From: Methylococcaceae bacterium TMED69
GTDB taxonomy: Bacteria > Pseudomonadota > Gammaproteobacteria > Ga0077536
DNA: 64,000 nucleotides
Direction: 5' to 3'
Assembly: GCA_002170535.1 (NCBI GenBank)
Contig: NHDW01000004.1
Coordinates: 186,190 to 250,189, forward strand
A program made the translations under genes and the position numbers. Below the pieces are notes generated by a model, which searched no databases, was not told the origin of the DNA, and saw nothing but the letters and a program-made list of their open reading frames with translations. This document shows, in pieces, positions 1-10,127 of this stretch; the first letter of the stretch is position 1; each line of letters begins with the position of its first letter.

Positions 1-1
1 G

Positions 2-427
2 AAAGCCGGCTTGAAAAGATTAGGCTGCTTGAATGATAAAAAATATAAAATCTGCGACCTGAAGGAAATGATTCCTGCAGCGGGTCAGGGCGCTATTGGA
101 GTGGAGGCTCTGAGTAATAATAATAGGGTAAAAAAAATTTTTGCTAGGCTAAATTGTTCCAATACTTTTAGATGTGTTATGGAGGAACGAAAAATTATTA
201 AGAAACTTGGAGGAGACTGTGGCTCCCCTATCGCTGTATTTGCTAAACAAAAAAATAAAATTCTAAAAATGCAAGCTTTTGTAGGCGATATTGTCGGAAG
301 CAACTCAATACGAACAGTTGCCGACTTTCCTGAAAATTGTTCCGTAAATGCAGGTGAATCTCTTGCCAATGTATTAATAAAGCTAGGAGCGCTGAGACTT
401 GTTGCTGGACAAAGAGGTTTGGAATAA
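2..427 (+). CDS. hemC: porphobilinogen deaminase (hydroxymethylbilane synthase), C-terminal ~140 aa; 5' end lies outside the window
   Basis: AAGQGAIGVE motif and HemC C-terminal domain; followed by hemD-hemX-hemY in canonical order. Confidence 0.85.
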   Translation, partial: KAGLKRLGCLNDKKYKICDLKEMIPAAGQGAIGVEALSNNNRVKKIFARLNCSNTFRCVMEERKIIKKLGGDCGSPIAVFAKQKNKILKMQAFVGDIVGSNSIRTVADFPENCSVNAGESLANVLIKLGALRLVAGQRGLE

Positions 428-434
428 TGTAGCT

Positions 435-1184
435 ATGTTGAAGATAATGATCACTAGGCCAAAAGACCAAATGTTAGAGTTAGCTCAGTCACTGAAAGCT
501 GTCGGAAATTTAGCTATTTCAGCGCCTTTAATTAGAATCAAGTATCTAGAACTAGTTCCTAACGAATTAATGCAACTCTTAGACTGGTCAGATATCATAA
601 TTTTCACAAGTCAAAATGCTATTTCACCAACAATTGGTAGAATTAAAAATATGCAAATTTTTAATGAAAAAAAAATCTTTGCAATTGGAAAAAAAACTCA
701 AGAGTGCCTCTTAGCAAAAAAAATAAGTCAAGTTTTTATTCCTAAAGGTATAAATTCAACAGAAGGTTTGTTAATGCTAAATGAATTATCCCAATTTCAT
801 ATTGCCAATAAAAATATTTTAATTGTGAAAGGCCAGGGTGGCCGTAAAAAGCTAAGATACAATCTTTTAGATAGAGGTGCGCATTTGAAATATATTGATA
901 GCTATTTAAGGCAGGAAACCAATATAAGCATTAGTCAGGTTTTACAAACTGAAGATATTACGACACCAGATTTAATTATAATTACCAGTGGTTCAATTTT
1001 GTTGTCATTGGTGAAAAAAATAAAATCAGAAAATCTAAACGCTTTGTTTTCGACTCCCTTAATAGTTGTTAGCCAACGATTAGCAAAAATTGCAAGACGG
1101 TTAGGTTTTATTGGCGCTATACGTATAGCAGAAAATGCAAATGATGAATCTATTATAGATTTGATAAAATATTGGGGCTCATAG
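435..1184 (+). CDS. hemD: uroporphyrinogen-III synthase
   Basis: HemD-like sequence (MLKIMITRPK...). Position directly after hemC. ATG at 435 chosen over the upstream alternative start in the track. Confidence 0.8.
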   Translation: MLKIMITRPKDQMLELAQSLKAVGNLAISAPLIRIKYLELVPNELMQLLDWSDIIIFTSQNAISPTIGRIKNMQIFNEKKIFAIGKKTQECLLAKKISQVFIPKGINSTEGLLMLNELSQFHIANKNILIVKGQGGRKKLRYNLLDRGAHLKYIDSYLRQETNISISQVLQTEDITTPDLIIITSGSILLSLVKKIKSENLNALFSTPLIVVSQRLAKIARRLGFIGAIRIAENANDESIIDLIKYWGS

Positions 1185-1185
1185 G

Positions 1186-2250
1186 GTGGCAAAATATAAC
1201 ATAGAAGAGGGAGAGGTATTAGAGAAAAAACCATACAAAAAGAAATTATTTGTAATGGTTATGTTTTTCATTTTGATTGCCTTTGTTTTTTATCTTTTTA
1301 TGAAACACGATCTCTTGGATAAACTCAAAGGAGACCGACTTGGCGAGAAATCTTTAGATAACCCCACGGAATATATAAATCCACCAATTGCTACCCCTGA
1401 TTACAGCAATGAGATAGCTCAAATAAAGCTACAAGTTAAAACACTAAATGCAGAGAATCAAAACTTTAAAGCCACGCTAAAAATTTTGAGTGACAGGCTA
1501 AATCAAAAGAATATGATTGCAACTAACGAACCTAAAGAGTTAATCAACAAGCAAGCTACTGATAGAATAAATCGAGTATTAGTATCAATGTTATCTTCGC
1601 TTGATGGTGATTTAAAAAATGCGAAAAACTTGAAAGCCATTGAGTCGAATTTTGACCAGCTGATTTTGATTCTGAGTCTTTTTGTTCCATATAAGGATGA
1701 TTCAATATTAGCTCAAGTTGAAGAGCTTAAAATGACTACAAAAGATGAGTTAGAAATTTTTATAGATCAAGTAGATTCTGAATTAATCACTATAGATAAT
1801 GAATTATGGACTACTATGGTTAATAATTCTGAAAGAGCTCCCTTTCCAGTTATAAAAAAGGCTGATGAAGATAAGCCAATTAGTGGTAAATTAGAAGAAC
1901 CTTATTCACTGAAAAAAAAAATTAAAGAGGAGATCATGAAATTTGTTGACATTGCCCCAGTTGATAACACAGTGTCTCCGCAAATTTCAAACTTGGATCG
2001 TTTAACAACTATAACTAAGCTTAGTGTAAAAATAGCTGCATCTCGAACTCTTCTTTGGAATCTTGAATTTGAAAAATTAAACTCTTACTTAAATGGTATA
2101 AAAAGTAATCTTGAGTTTCATTTTCCTGAAATGGTAGAACCCAAAAGTTCTATAGATAGAATTTCTAAAAAATTAAATAACTTTGGTTTCGATAACGAAG
2201 GGTTAGATAAAATTATAAGTCTTTTAGAAAATAATATTAAGGAGCAATGA
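1186..2250 (+). CDS. hemX: HemX-family membrane protein (N-terminal TM helix plus coiled coil)
   Basis: Single N-terminal hydrophobic helix, long coiled-coil region, conserved position between hemD and hemY. Confidence 0.7.
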   Translation: MAKYNIEEGEVLEKKPYKKKLFVMVMFFILIAFVFYLFMKHDLLDKLKGDRLGEKSLDNPTEYINPPIATPDYSNEIAQIKLQVKTLNAENQNFKATLKILSDRLNQKNMIATNEPKELINKQATDRINRVLVSMLSSLDGDLKNAKNLKAIESNFDQLILILSLFVPYKDDSILAQVEELKMTTKDELEIFIDQVDSELITIDNELWTTMVNNSERAPFPVIKKADEDKPISGKLEEPYSLKKKIKEEIMKFVDIAPVDNTVSPQISNLDRLTTITKLSVKIAASRTLLWNLEFEKLNSYLNGIKSNLEFHFPEMVEPKSSIDRISKKLNNFGFDNEGLDKIISLLENNIKEQ

Positions 2251-3431
2251 GTTTGAAATTAATATTGGTTCTGTTTTTCGGATTGATGGGGGTGATTATA
2301 CTGTCAAATTGGCCCCCTTTTAGTGCAGGATCACTTTCGTTTGCAATTGATGGGTATAAAATTAATGTAGATCTTGGGTTTTTTAGTTTTTTGATGATAA
2401 TGGTTTTTATCTTGTTCCATCTTTTTTTAAATTTAATTAATCTATTTCTGAATACTTTTCAATTTCGAATTATTAGGTTGAAAGAAAAAGCAAGTTACAA
2501 TCTTTCCTTGGGTCTAATCTACAAAGGATTAGGAGATTTAAAAAGAGCCGAAAGACTATTTATAAACAAAGCAACACATAGCGAATTACCAGAAGCTCAT
2601 TTTATTGCAGCGGCAGAAGTTGCACATCAAAGAAACGATAATTTATCTAGGGATAACTATATTGAAAAGGCTTTTGGATTGTCAGCTTCAAAAAAATTGC
2701 CCATCGCTATTATAAAAAAACTAGAATGGATGGTTGAGGAAGGAAAGCTTGATTTGGCTGTGCAAATTTTAAGCACTCTTCCTTTGAAAATAAAAAAGCA
2801 AAAAAAAATGCTTGTCCTCCAAAAGGTTCTTTATGAGAAGACAGGTGATTTCGACAAAATTTTAAACATGCTTCCTGATTTAAAGAGACTTGATGAGTTC
2901 AATAATAACTATTTAAAGCAATTAGAATTATCTTGTGCGATCAATGTTCTGGTTAGTGGCTGTTTTACAGATATTGCAAGCTTACGAAAAAAGTGGCTAT
3001 CCTTTTCAAAAGACATTAGACAAAAACCGCCCATAATAGCCGTATATGCAAAATCTTTACTAAAAAATGATGCTAGTTCTGAGGCAGAAAAGATATTAAA
3101 AAGATGTTTAGACGACAGTATGGATATCCAGTTATTGGAGATTTATGGGTCTATACCAAGTGAAAAACCAAAAAGAATGCTAAGAGCAATCCAATATTGG
3201 ACAACGAAATATGGAGAAAGTCTTGAGTTAGAGATGGCAGCTGCTCAGCAATGTATTTTCGCCACAATGTGGGGAAAAGCAAAGAATCATCTTTTGAAAG
3301 TGGTCGAAAATTCTCCTACCCCAGTAGCATTAAAGTTAATGGCAGATGTCGAGGAACGATTAGGCAACCATGGTGTGTCATTAGTTAGGAGGAGGCAAGG
3401 CCTCGAGCTTGCGGCAAAAGAAAAAAGATAG
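2247..3431 (+). CDS. hemY: HemY-family TPR membrane protein
   Basis: Two N-terminal TM segments then TPR-like repeats; 4-nt overlap with hemX; canonical hemCDXY operon. Confidence 0.75.
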   Translation: MSLKLILVLFFGLMGVIILSNWPPFSAGSLSFAIDGYKINVDLGFFSFLMIMVFILFHLFLNLINLFLNTFQFRIIRLKEKASYNLSLGLIYKGLGDLKRAERLFINKATHSELPEAHFIAAAEVAHQRNDNLSRDNYIEKAFGLSASKKLPIAIIKKLEWMVEEGKLDLAVQILSTLPLKIKKQKKMLVLQKVLYEKTGDFDKILNMLPDLKRLDEFNNNYLKQLELSCAINVLVSGCFTDIASLRKKWLSFSKDIRQKPPIIAVYAKSLLKNDASSEAEKILKRCLDDSMDIQLLEIYGSIPSEKPKRMLRAIQYWTTKYGESLELEMAAAQQCIFATMWGKAKNHLLKVVENSPTPVALKLMADVEERLGNHGVSLVRRRQGLELAAKEKR

Positions 3432-3435
3432 TTTT

Positions 3436-4089
3436 TTAAGGCCGGCTTTTTTTGCTTTCTAGCCATCCAGTTAATGGTTTCCAATATTCCCTATCCAATG
3501 CCGTTGTCAAAGGTGCAAATTCAAATATAGACATGCCTCTTTGGGCGGCTCTGATATAATTAGCGCTTTGTCTTAATAATGTTAAAAATGGAAATTTCCT
3601 GCCTGAGGGTAATTTAAAAGAATATAAAAGATCCTCCAGATTTTTTGCTTCCCTTGAATTTTCTCTAGTTTTATTAGCTATCGTTGCTATTTTAACTTCG
3701 TTATAAACATTCTTTCTTATTTTCCTTAATTCCCCAAAAAATCTTTGTGCCGCTCTAATATCCATTGGTGAAGGTATCACAGGTACGATGCACGTTTCGG
3801 TAATACTTAGTAGAGACACTATTTGCTCATCATGTGTTCTTGAAGGCGCATCCATAATCATTACATCAACAGTGTTGGATAATTTAGGGAATTTTTCGGA
3901 TGCCTCTAAACCAATTATTTTAGGTAAATTACCCCTTCGTTGCCTAAGCCAATCAATACTAGAGCCTTGCGGATCAAAATCGGCCAGGGCAACACTTGCC
4001 CCTTTCATTGCATAATAGCCCGCTAAATTAGTCGCTACGGTTGTCTTACCGCTCCCGCCTTTCGCATTCATGATTAAAATTTTTCGCAT
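3436..4089 (-). CDS. orphan ParA/MinD-family P-loop ATPase (217 aa)
   Basis: Deviant Walker A KGGSGKTT at N-terminus, ParA-like length; no parB or partition site adjacent. Confidence 0.8.
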   Translation of the reverse strand: MRKILIMNAKGGSGKTTVATNLAGYYAMKGASVALADFDPQGSSIDWLRQRRGNLPKIIGLEASEKFPKLSNTVDVMIMDAPSRTHDEQIVSLLSITETCIVPVIPSPMDIRAAQRFFGELRKIRKNVYNEVKIATIANKTRENSREAKNLEDLLYSFKLPSGRKFPFLTLLRQSANYIRAAQRGMSIFEFAPLTTALDREYWKPLTGWLESKKSRP

Positions 4090-4151
4090 AATACAGTCTT
4101 GTTCGCTCTAAAACATGAATATAGCATTCAATCTTTTTTGGGGAAAGTATA

Positions 4152-5009
4152 TCATCCTTGATTTATTAAATTTAAGATTGTAGGTAGAAATACATCTTTT
4201 AGGCAATTTTTCAAGTCTTTTGCTCGTATTGTTTGAGTTGCGCTCCCTAATTCCTCGTTGAACATGTCCCATTTTTTTTGTTGTATGTGATCTAGATTTT
4301 TGAAAACTGATTCGTTTTTTATGCTTAGCATATAGATTGAATTTTCATCAGCAGGTATTGATTCAACCTTGAAAGGGTCCGATAAATCTACTAGTGGGAT
4401 TCTTTCTAGATTTGCATCAGTTCTAGAAAATTGAGGACAAATATAATCGAGATAGTCGGGCAAACGTCTGATAATAAGTCTTTTAACCTCTTGCTTTGAA
4501 TAACCTCTTACTAATAGGTCTCTGTGGCTTTTTTGAACCCACTCTAGGTTGATTGAGGGTGTTATGCCAATTAACAAGTCAACGTATCGTGTAATATCAA
4601 TTTGATCGTCTTTGTAGCCACCATGCAATCCCTCGTAAAACAAAATATCATATGTTTGTTCAATTTCCTTCCACTCCGAAAAACATCCTATATTAACCCC
4701 TAGATTCTTAGCATCTTTTTCTGAATGAGCATACTGTCTGGCCACTCCTTTTCCGGAGATAGAAAAGTTTTTAAATAAATCTGCCAATAAGTCCAAATGA
4801 TTGCTTTTGGGTGAAAAATGGGTCAATGAGCTCTCTGTTTTATTTAAGGCTTCCATTTCTGTTCGCGTATATTTATGAAAGCTGTCGCCTTGAATGTAAA
4901 CTGCTTTGATTTGATTCTCTTTAAAAATTGCATCAAAAATAGATTTGATATTGGTCTTGCCTGCTCCGGACGGACCCGTGAGTGCTATTATCGGCTTTTT
5001 TTTCTTCAT
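4152..5009 (-). CDS. prk: phosphoribulokinase
   Basis: 285 aa; PIIALTGPSGAGKT P-loop, FYEGLHGG and EWVQK...ICPQFSRT blocks align along the full length with bacterial PrkB/CbbP. Confidence 0.9.
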   Translation of the reverse strand: MKKKKPIIALTGPSGAGKTNIKSIFDAIFKENQIKAVYIQGDSFHKYTRTEMEALNKTESSLTHFSPKSNHLDLLADLFKNFSISGKGVARQYAHSEKDAKNLGVNIGCFSEWKEIEQTYDILFYEGLHGGYKDDQIDITRYVDLLIGITPSINLEWVQKSHRDLLVRGYSKQEVKRLIIRRLPDYLDYICPQFSRTDANLERIPLVDLSDPFKVESIPADENSIYMLSIKNESVFKNLDHIQQKKWDMFNEELGSATQTIRAKDLKNCLKDVFLPTILNLINQG

Positions 5010-5128
5010 TTATTTACTCAATGTACAATTAAAAAGAGGCATACTTTTAGGAAGTATATTATCATGATACAAAGATTAACATGCTAGTGAATTTTACTTA
5101 GACTCCTTCAATTTTATTCTTTGAGTAG

Positions 5129-6868
5129 ATGACTAAAATAAAAAAGCTATTTGAGACCCCTTACGGACGTCTTTTACTTTTTGTGCTACCACACTGGCAG
5201 ATCTTTTTTATTTCTATAGTGGCTATGTGTATGCTTGCATCGACGGAATGGATGCTTCCCGCTCTACTTAAGCCGTTAATTGATGAAAGTTTGGATTCAG
5301 ATAATTATAATATTAGAGCGATACCTCTTCTGTTGATCGTATTATTTTTATTTCGAGGTTTGTTCAGCTATATATCTACGGTTTCTCTTCACCTTGTAGC
5401 TCAAAAAGCAATCGAAGATATGCGAAACGCTATGTTCAGTAAATTACTTCGATTGGATATTGGATTTTTCGATAGTAATTCTTTAGGTGCAATGGTGTCT
5501 AAATTTACCTTCGATGTAAATCAAGTAGCGGAAGCGTCTACGAAAGTAATAACTGTTTTTGTTAAAGACAGTTTAGTAGTTTTGGTTCTTTTGATATATT
5601 TAATCTACTTAAATTGGCAGTTGGCTTTGTTACTAGTCTTAATAGGGCCACCAATCTCATTTTTCATCGTGAGATTATCAAAAAAAATGAGGGTAATGAG
5701 TAGAAATCTACAGTCTTCGATGGGCGATATAAATGAAGTTACTGAAGAATCAATTAGGGCAAATAAAGAGATTAAAGTTTTCAATACCTACACTAAGGAA
5801 GAACTACGGTTTGGTATCGCGACTAATAAGGTTAGAAAATTTCATATCAAAGTAGTAAGAGCTAGTGCGGCTTTGGTTCCGGCGATTCAAATTTTTGTGG
5901 CTATATCAATTGCAGCTTTAATCTATATTGCCTTAGATCAAGCTTCTAAAGGATTGACTACTAAGGGTGAATTTATCGCGTTTATTACAGCAACTGCATT
6001 ATTGCTTCCGCCAATAAAGAGATTGGCTGGAGCTAATGAATTTTTGCAAAGGGGCATCGCAGCATCGCAATCGGTATGTGAATTAATTGACGCATCTCCT
6101 GAATTGACTAGCACGGTGGAGTGCCCAAAAATTTCTAAATCTTTGATTTTTCATAATGTTAGCTTTTCCTTCGGAAAAAAAATGGTGCTAAGTAATCTTT
6201 CGTTTCAAATAAAAATTGGTGAACTGTTTGCTCTTGTGGGGCCTTCTGGCGGTGGTAAGAGTACTTTACTAAATTTACTACCAATATTTTATCGGCCTTC
6301 TTCAGGTCGGATTATTCTGGATGGCCTGTCGATTGACTCTTATTCTTTAGATAGCGTACGAGAACAAATCGCATATGTTGGCCAAGAGACTGTTTTATTC
6401 AATACAAGTATTTTAGGTAATTTGGTTTATGGTTGTAAGGAACATCCCGATTCACAAATGATTGAGAGAGCTATACAACTTGCTAATTTAGATAAATATG
6501 TTAACGGGTTGCCTAATCGTCTCGAAACTAGGGTGGGTCACAATGGAGTGAAGTTATCAGGAGGACAGCGACAGAGATTAGGTATTGCTAGGGCGTTTCT
6601 TCGGGATGCGTCGCTATTGATTTTAGATGAACCCACGGCGTCTCTTGACGCGGATTCAGAGCGAGAAATAAAAAAATCAATTTCAGAATTGAAAGTAGGT
6701 CGAATTTCTATAGTAGTAGCTCACCGCTTATCTACAATAAAAGAAGCTGATAAAATACTGTTTATAAATAACGGTACAATTATTGAAAGTGGAAGTCATC
6801 AAGATTTACTAAGTAAAAAAGGACATTATTATAATATGTACAAAGAAAGTAGCCAAAGAGAAACCTGA
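5129..6868 (+). CDS. msbA: lipid A export ABC transporter, fused permease/ATPase (MsbA family)
   Basis: Six-TM N-domain plus ABC domain with Walker A GPSGGGKST, LSGGQRQR signature, ILDEPTASLD Walker B; TGA stop. Confidence 0.85.
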   Translation: MTKIKKLFETPYGRLLLFVLPHWQIFFISIVAMCMLASTEWMLPALLKPLIDESLDSDNYNIRAIPLLLIVLFLFRGLFSYISTVSLHLVAQKAIEDMRNAMFSKLLRLDIGFFDSNSLGAMVSKFTFDVNQVAEASTKVITVFVKDSLVVLVLLIYLIYLNWQLALLLVLIGPPISFFIVRLSKKMRVMSRNLQSSMGDINEVTEESIRANKEIKVFNTYTKEELRFGIATNKVRKFHIKVVRASAALVPAIQIFVAISIAALIYIALDQASKGLTTKGEFIAFITATALLLPPIKRLAGANEFLQRGIAASQSVCELIDASPELTSTVECPKISKSLIFHNVSFSFGKKMVLSNLSFQIKIGELFALVGPSGGGKSTLLNLLPIFYRPSSGRIILDGLSIDSYSLDSVREQIAYVGQETVLFNTSILGNLVYGCKEHPDSQMIERAIQLANLDKYVNGLPNRLETRVGHNGVKLSGGQRQRLGIARAFLRDASLLILDEPTASLDADSEREIKKSISELKVGRISIVVAHRLSTIKEADKILFINNGTIIESGSHQDLLSKKGHYYNMYKESSQRET

Positions 6869-6873
6869 TTTTT

Positions 6874-9024
6874 ATGAATTCCCTGAATGTTAATTCTGAT
6901 TTAAATGAGCAGCAACTATTAGCAGTTGAATCAACGTCGAATCATACCTTAGTTTTAGCTGGCGCCGGAAGCGGGAAGACAAAGGTATTAACTCATCGTA
7001 TCGCGTGGTGTATTGAGACTGGCCAAGTAAGACCAGATTATATTCTAGCCGTAACGTTTACAAATAAAGCTGCTAAAGAAATGCAGCATAGAATACAAAG
7101 TTTAATTGAAACTCCAATTAACAGAATGTGGGTAGGAACTTTCCACGGAATTGCCCATAGATTATTGCGCATGCATCACGAATTGGCTAATTTAAGCCCT
7201 CAGTTTCAAATTATAGATACAGACGATCAATTAAGGATTATTAAAAGAATTTTAAAAGAATTGGATTTTACTGATAAAGAATATGACCCAAAAGAGATCC
7301 AATCGAGAATTAATTTTTGGAAAGAGGAAGGGGTAAGGCCAATAAAAGTGCAACTAGAAGGTTGTAGTAGCGATGAAATATCGCTTCAAATATTTAAAGA
7401 GTATGAAGCGATTTGCATCAAATCATCACTCGTAGATTTTTCTGAACTTCTCCTCAGAGTCTATGAACTTTTTTCCGATAATATCTCCCTCTTAGAGACT
7501 TATAGGTCTAGATTTCAGCACATTTTAGTCGATGAATTTCAAGATACTAACAAGCTTCAATATAGATGGCTAAATTTATTAGCCTCTCAAAAAAATAATT
7601 TTTTTGTGGTTGGGGACGATGATCAATCAATTTATAGTTGGCGCGGCGCGAGAGTTGAGAACATGCAGAAATTTAGAAAGCATTATCCCGATTACAATCT
7701 CATTCGACTGGAGCAAAACTATAGATCTTCCTCAAATATTTTAAGCGCAGCAAATGCATTAATATCGAACAATCCTAGCCGTATAGGTAAAAATTTATGG
7801 ACTAACAAAGAGGATGGTAAACCTTTGATGCTTTACTCAGCCTATAACGAGCTCGATGAGGCAAGATATGTGGTTGATACTATAGAATCAGAAATTCAAT
7901 CTGATCACGAACATAAGCTCGCTGATTGCGCAATTTTATATAGAGTTAGTGCGCAGTCTAGAGTTCTTGAGGACGCTTTGAGACTAAAGGGAATTGAATA
8001 TAGAGTTTACGGTGGTTTTAGATTTTATGATCGAGCCGAAATTAAAGATGTTTTAGGTTATCTCAGATTAGTTTTTTCTAAAAACGATGATGCCGCTTTT
8101 GAAAGAATTGTTAATTTTCCACCGAGAGGACTTGGAGACAAAGCACTGGGGGCAATAAGAGAAGGGGCTAGATTCTATAATGTTTCTTTATTCCAAGCTG
8201 CCGAAACCTTGCTAAAAAATGAAGAATTACCAACGCGAACGCAAAAAGCCCTAAATGACTTCTTCATTGTGATAGATGATATTAAAAACCATGAGGTAAC
8301 TGATAATGATAGTCTTTCGGAACTTATTGAAATTATTAGTTTAAAATCGGGTCTTATTGAACATTTTAAAAAAGAAAAAGGAGGTCGAGGCCTAGATAGA
8401 ATAGAAAACATAAATGAACTTACCATAGCTGCCAAAGATTTTGATGGTGTTGAGGAAAATGGAATTCTGGAGTCTTTTTTAACTCAAGCTTCTTTAGAAT
8501 CTGGCGAAACTCAAGCAAGCGAGGGGGCAGACTGTGTTCAGCTAATGACGCTTCATTCTGCTAAGGGTCTGGAGTTTAAGTTTGTATTCATTTTGGGTCT
8601 CGAGGAGGGGCTTTTTCCACACAAGCGTTCTATTGGTTCTATGGACCAATTGCAAGAGGAAAGACGTCTGTGCTATGTAGGCATTACTCGCGCCCAAGAA
8701 TATCTTTGCCTGACTCATGCTGAGTCACGACGATTGCATGGTTCAGAATACTTAACAAGTCTGTCAAGATTTGTTAAAGAGCTTCCGGAATCTACAATTG
8801 AGCACGTGAGAATAGGGGGCTCATTCATTGATTTCTCGAACGAAGGAAAGCAATCCCCTGAAGGCGATTATCACCTTGGTCAGTCGGTAAAGCATGATAT
8901 ATTCGGATCAGGAATTGTTCTTGCCCTTGAAGGTAGAGGAGAAAGTTTAAGGATACAGGTCAACTTTGAGGATTCGGGCATTAAATGGTTAGTCGCATCC
9001 TATGCAGGATTAAAGAAAATATAA
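6874..9024 (+). CDS. uvrD: DNA helicase II (UvrD/Rep family)
   Basis: AGAGSGKT Walker A, full set of SF1 helicase motifs, 716 aa. Confidence 0.9.
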   Translation: MNSLNVNSDLNEQQLLAVESTSNHTLVLAGAGSGKTKVLTHRIAWCIETGQVRPDYILAVTFTNKAAKEMQHRIQSLIETPINRMWVGTFHGIAHRLLRMHHELANLSPQFQIIDTDDQLRIIKRILKELDFTDKEYDPKEIQSRINFWKEEGVRPIKVQLEGCSSDEISLQIFKEYEAICIKSSLVDFSELLLRVYELFSDNISLLETYRSRFQHILVDEFQDTNKLQYRWLNLLASQKNNFFVVGDDDQSIYSWRGARVENMQKFRKHYPDYNLIRLEQNYRSSSNILSAANALISNNPSRIGKNLWTNKEDGKPLMLYSAYNELDEARYVVDTIESEIQSDHEHKLADCAILYRVSAQSRVLEDALRLKGIEYRVYGGFRFYDRAEIKDVLGYLRLVFSKNDDAAFERIVNFPPRGLGDKALGAIREGARFYNVSLFQAAETLLKNEELPTRTQKALNDFFIVIDDIKNHEVTDNDSLSELIEIISLKSGLIEHFKKEKGGRGLDRIENINELTIAAKDFDGVEENGILESFLTQASLESGETQASEGADCVQLMTLHSAKGLEFKFVFILGLEEGLFPHKRSIGSMDQLQEERRLCYVGITRAQEYLCLTHAESRRLHGSEYLTSLSRFVKELPESTIEHVRIGGSFIDFSNEGKQSPEGDYHLGQSVKHDIFGSGIVLALEGRGESLRIQVNFEDSGIKWLVASYAGLKKI

Positions 9025-9035
9025 AGGAGGCCAAA

Positions 9036-10127
9036 ATGTATGCATTTAAAATTGCATTAGTATTTATTCTATTACTGTCTGGTTGTTCCGATCAAAAGCA
9101 GTTGAGTCCAGTCGAAAATAAAACGGAAGCTCATCTTTGGAAGTTAGTCACGGCTTGGCCGCCAAATTTACCCGTTAATCACGAAGTAACAGAGGAGTTT
9201 GCCAAAGATATCGAGTTGATGAGCAACGGAAAATTGAAAGTCAAAGTGTTTAATGCGGGCGAATTGATCCCTGGCCTACAGGTTTTTGATGCAGTGTCTC
9301 AGGGGGCTGTGCAAATGGGCTTTGCAGCTTCTTATTATTGGTCTGGGAAAATTCCGGCTTCGCAAATTTTTACCGTAGTTCCTTTCGGAATGACCGAAAA
9401 AGGGTCTCTAGCTTGGATAAAATTCGGAGGTGGTTTGAAACTTTGGCGAGAGTTATATGAGCCTTTTGGTGTTATACCATACCCGATGGGAAGCACAGGT
9501 GTGCAGATGGGAGGATGGTTTAATAAAAAAATTAACTCCATGGAAGATATTCAGGGTTTGAAGATGAGGATTCCTGGCCTCGGTGGCAAGGTAATAGCAA
9601 AAGCTGGCGGAAATCCAATTCTTTTATCTGCTGCCGAAGTATACACTGCACTAGAGAGGGGAACCATTGATGCCACAGAGTGGGTAGGACCACTTCACGA
9701 TAAAAGATTTGGTCTTGATAGGATCGCTAAATATTACTATTATCCAGGATGGCATGAGCCGGGCCCGCAGATGGAAATGATAATAAATCAGAAAGCTTGG
9801 GACCAACTTTCCGAGCCTCTTAAAAAGATTGTAGAGGCTAGTATAGCTAAGTCTGGCCTGACCCTTTCTACCAAGAATGAAGCCGAAAATGCCCGGGCAT
9901 TGCAGCAAATAATTGATGAGGGTAAGGTTGAACTGGTTCGCTTCCCCGATAATGTTTTGTCGAATCTTAAAAAGATGAACCTTCAAGTTTTGGAAGAAGA
10001 GGCTGCTAAAGATGAAGGATTTAGAAAGGTACTTAAATCATATCAAGACTTTCAGAAACTATATTCTTCTTATGAAGCAGTAACCAACAAAGCTTATGAT
10101 GAATCCAGAGATATAGAGTCAAAGTGA
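9036..10127 (+). CDS. TRAP transporter substrate-binding protein (DctP family), lipoprotein-type signal (LSGC); no dctQM adjacent
   Basis: DctP-family similarity over full length; ATG at 9036 preceded by AAGGAGG; the track start 8985 overlaps uvrD. Confidence 0.8.
   Translation: MYAFKIALVFILLLSGCSDQKQLSPVENKTEAHLWKLVTAWPPNLPVNHEVTEEFAKDIELMSNGKLKVKVFNAGELIPGLQVFDAVSQGAVQMGFAASYYWSGKIPASQIFTVVPFGMTEKGSLAWIKFGGGLKLWRELYEPFGVIPYPMGSTGVQMGGWFNKKINSMEDIQGLKMRIPGLGGKVIAKAGGNPILLSAAEVYTALERGTIDATEWVGPLHDKRFGLDRIAKYYYYPGWHEPGPQMEMIINQKAWDQLSEPLKKIVEASIAKSGLTLSTKNEAENARALQQIIDEGKVELVRFPDNVLSNLKKMNLQVLEEEAAKDEGFRKVLKSYQDFQKLYSSYEAVTNKAYDESRDIESK

Noticed and set aside
3432-3460. AAGGCCGGCTT motif flanked by T/A runs between hemY and the ParA-like gene as a bidirectional terminator
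   Set aside because: The palindrome is too short to form a hairpin with a loop; only a 4-5 nt gap separates the convergent genes.
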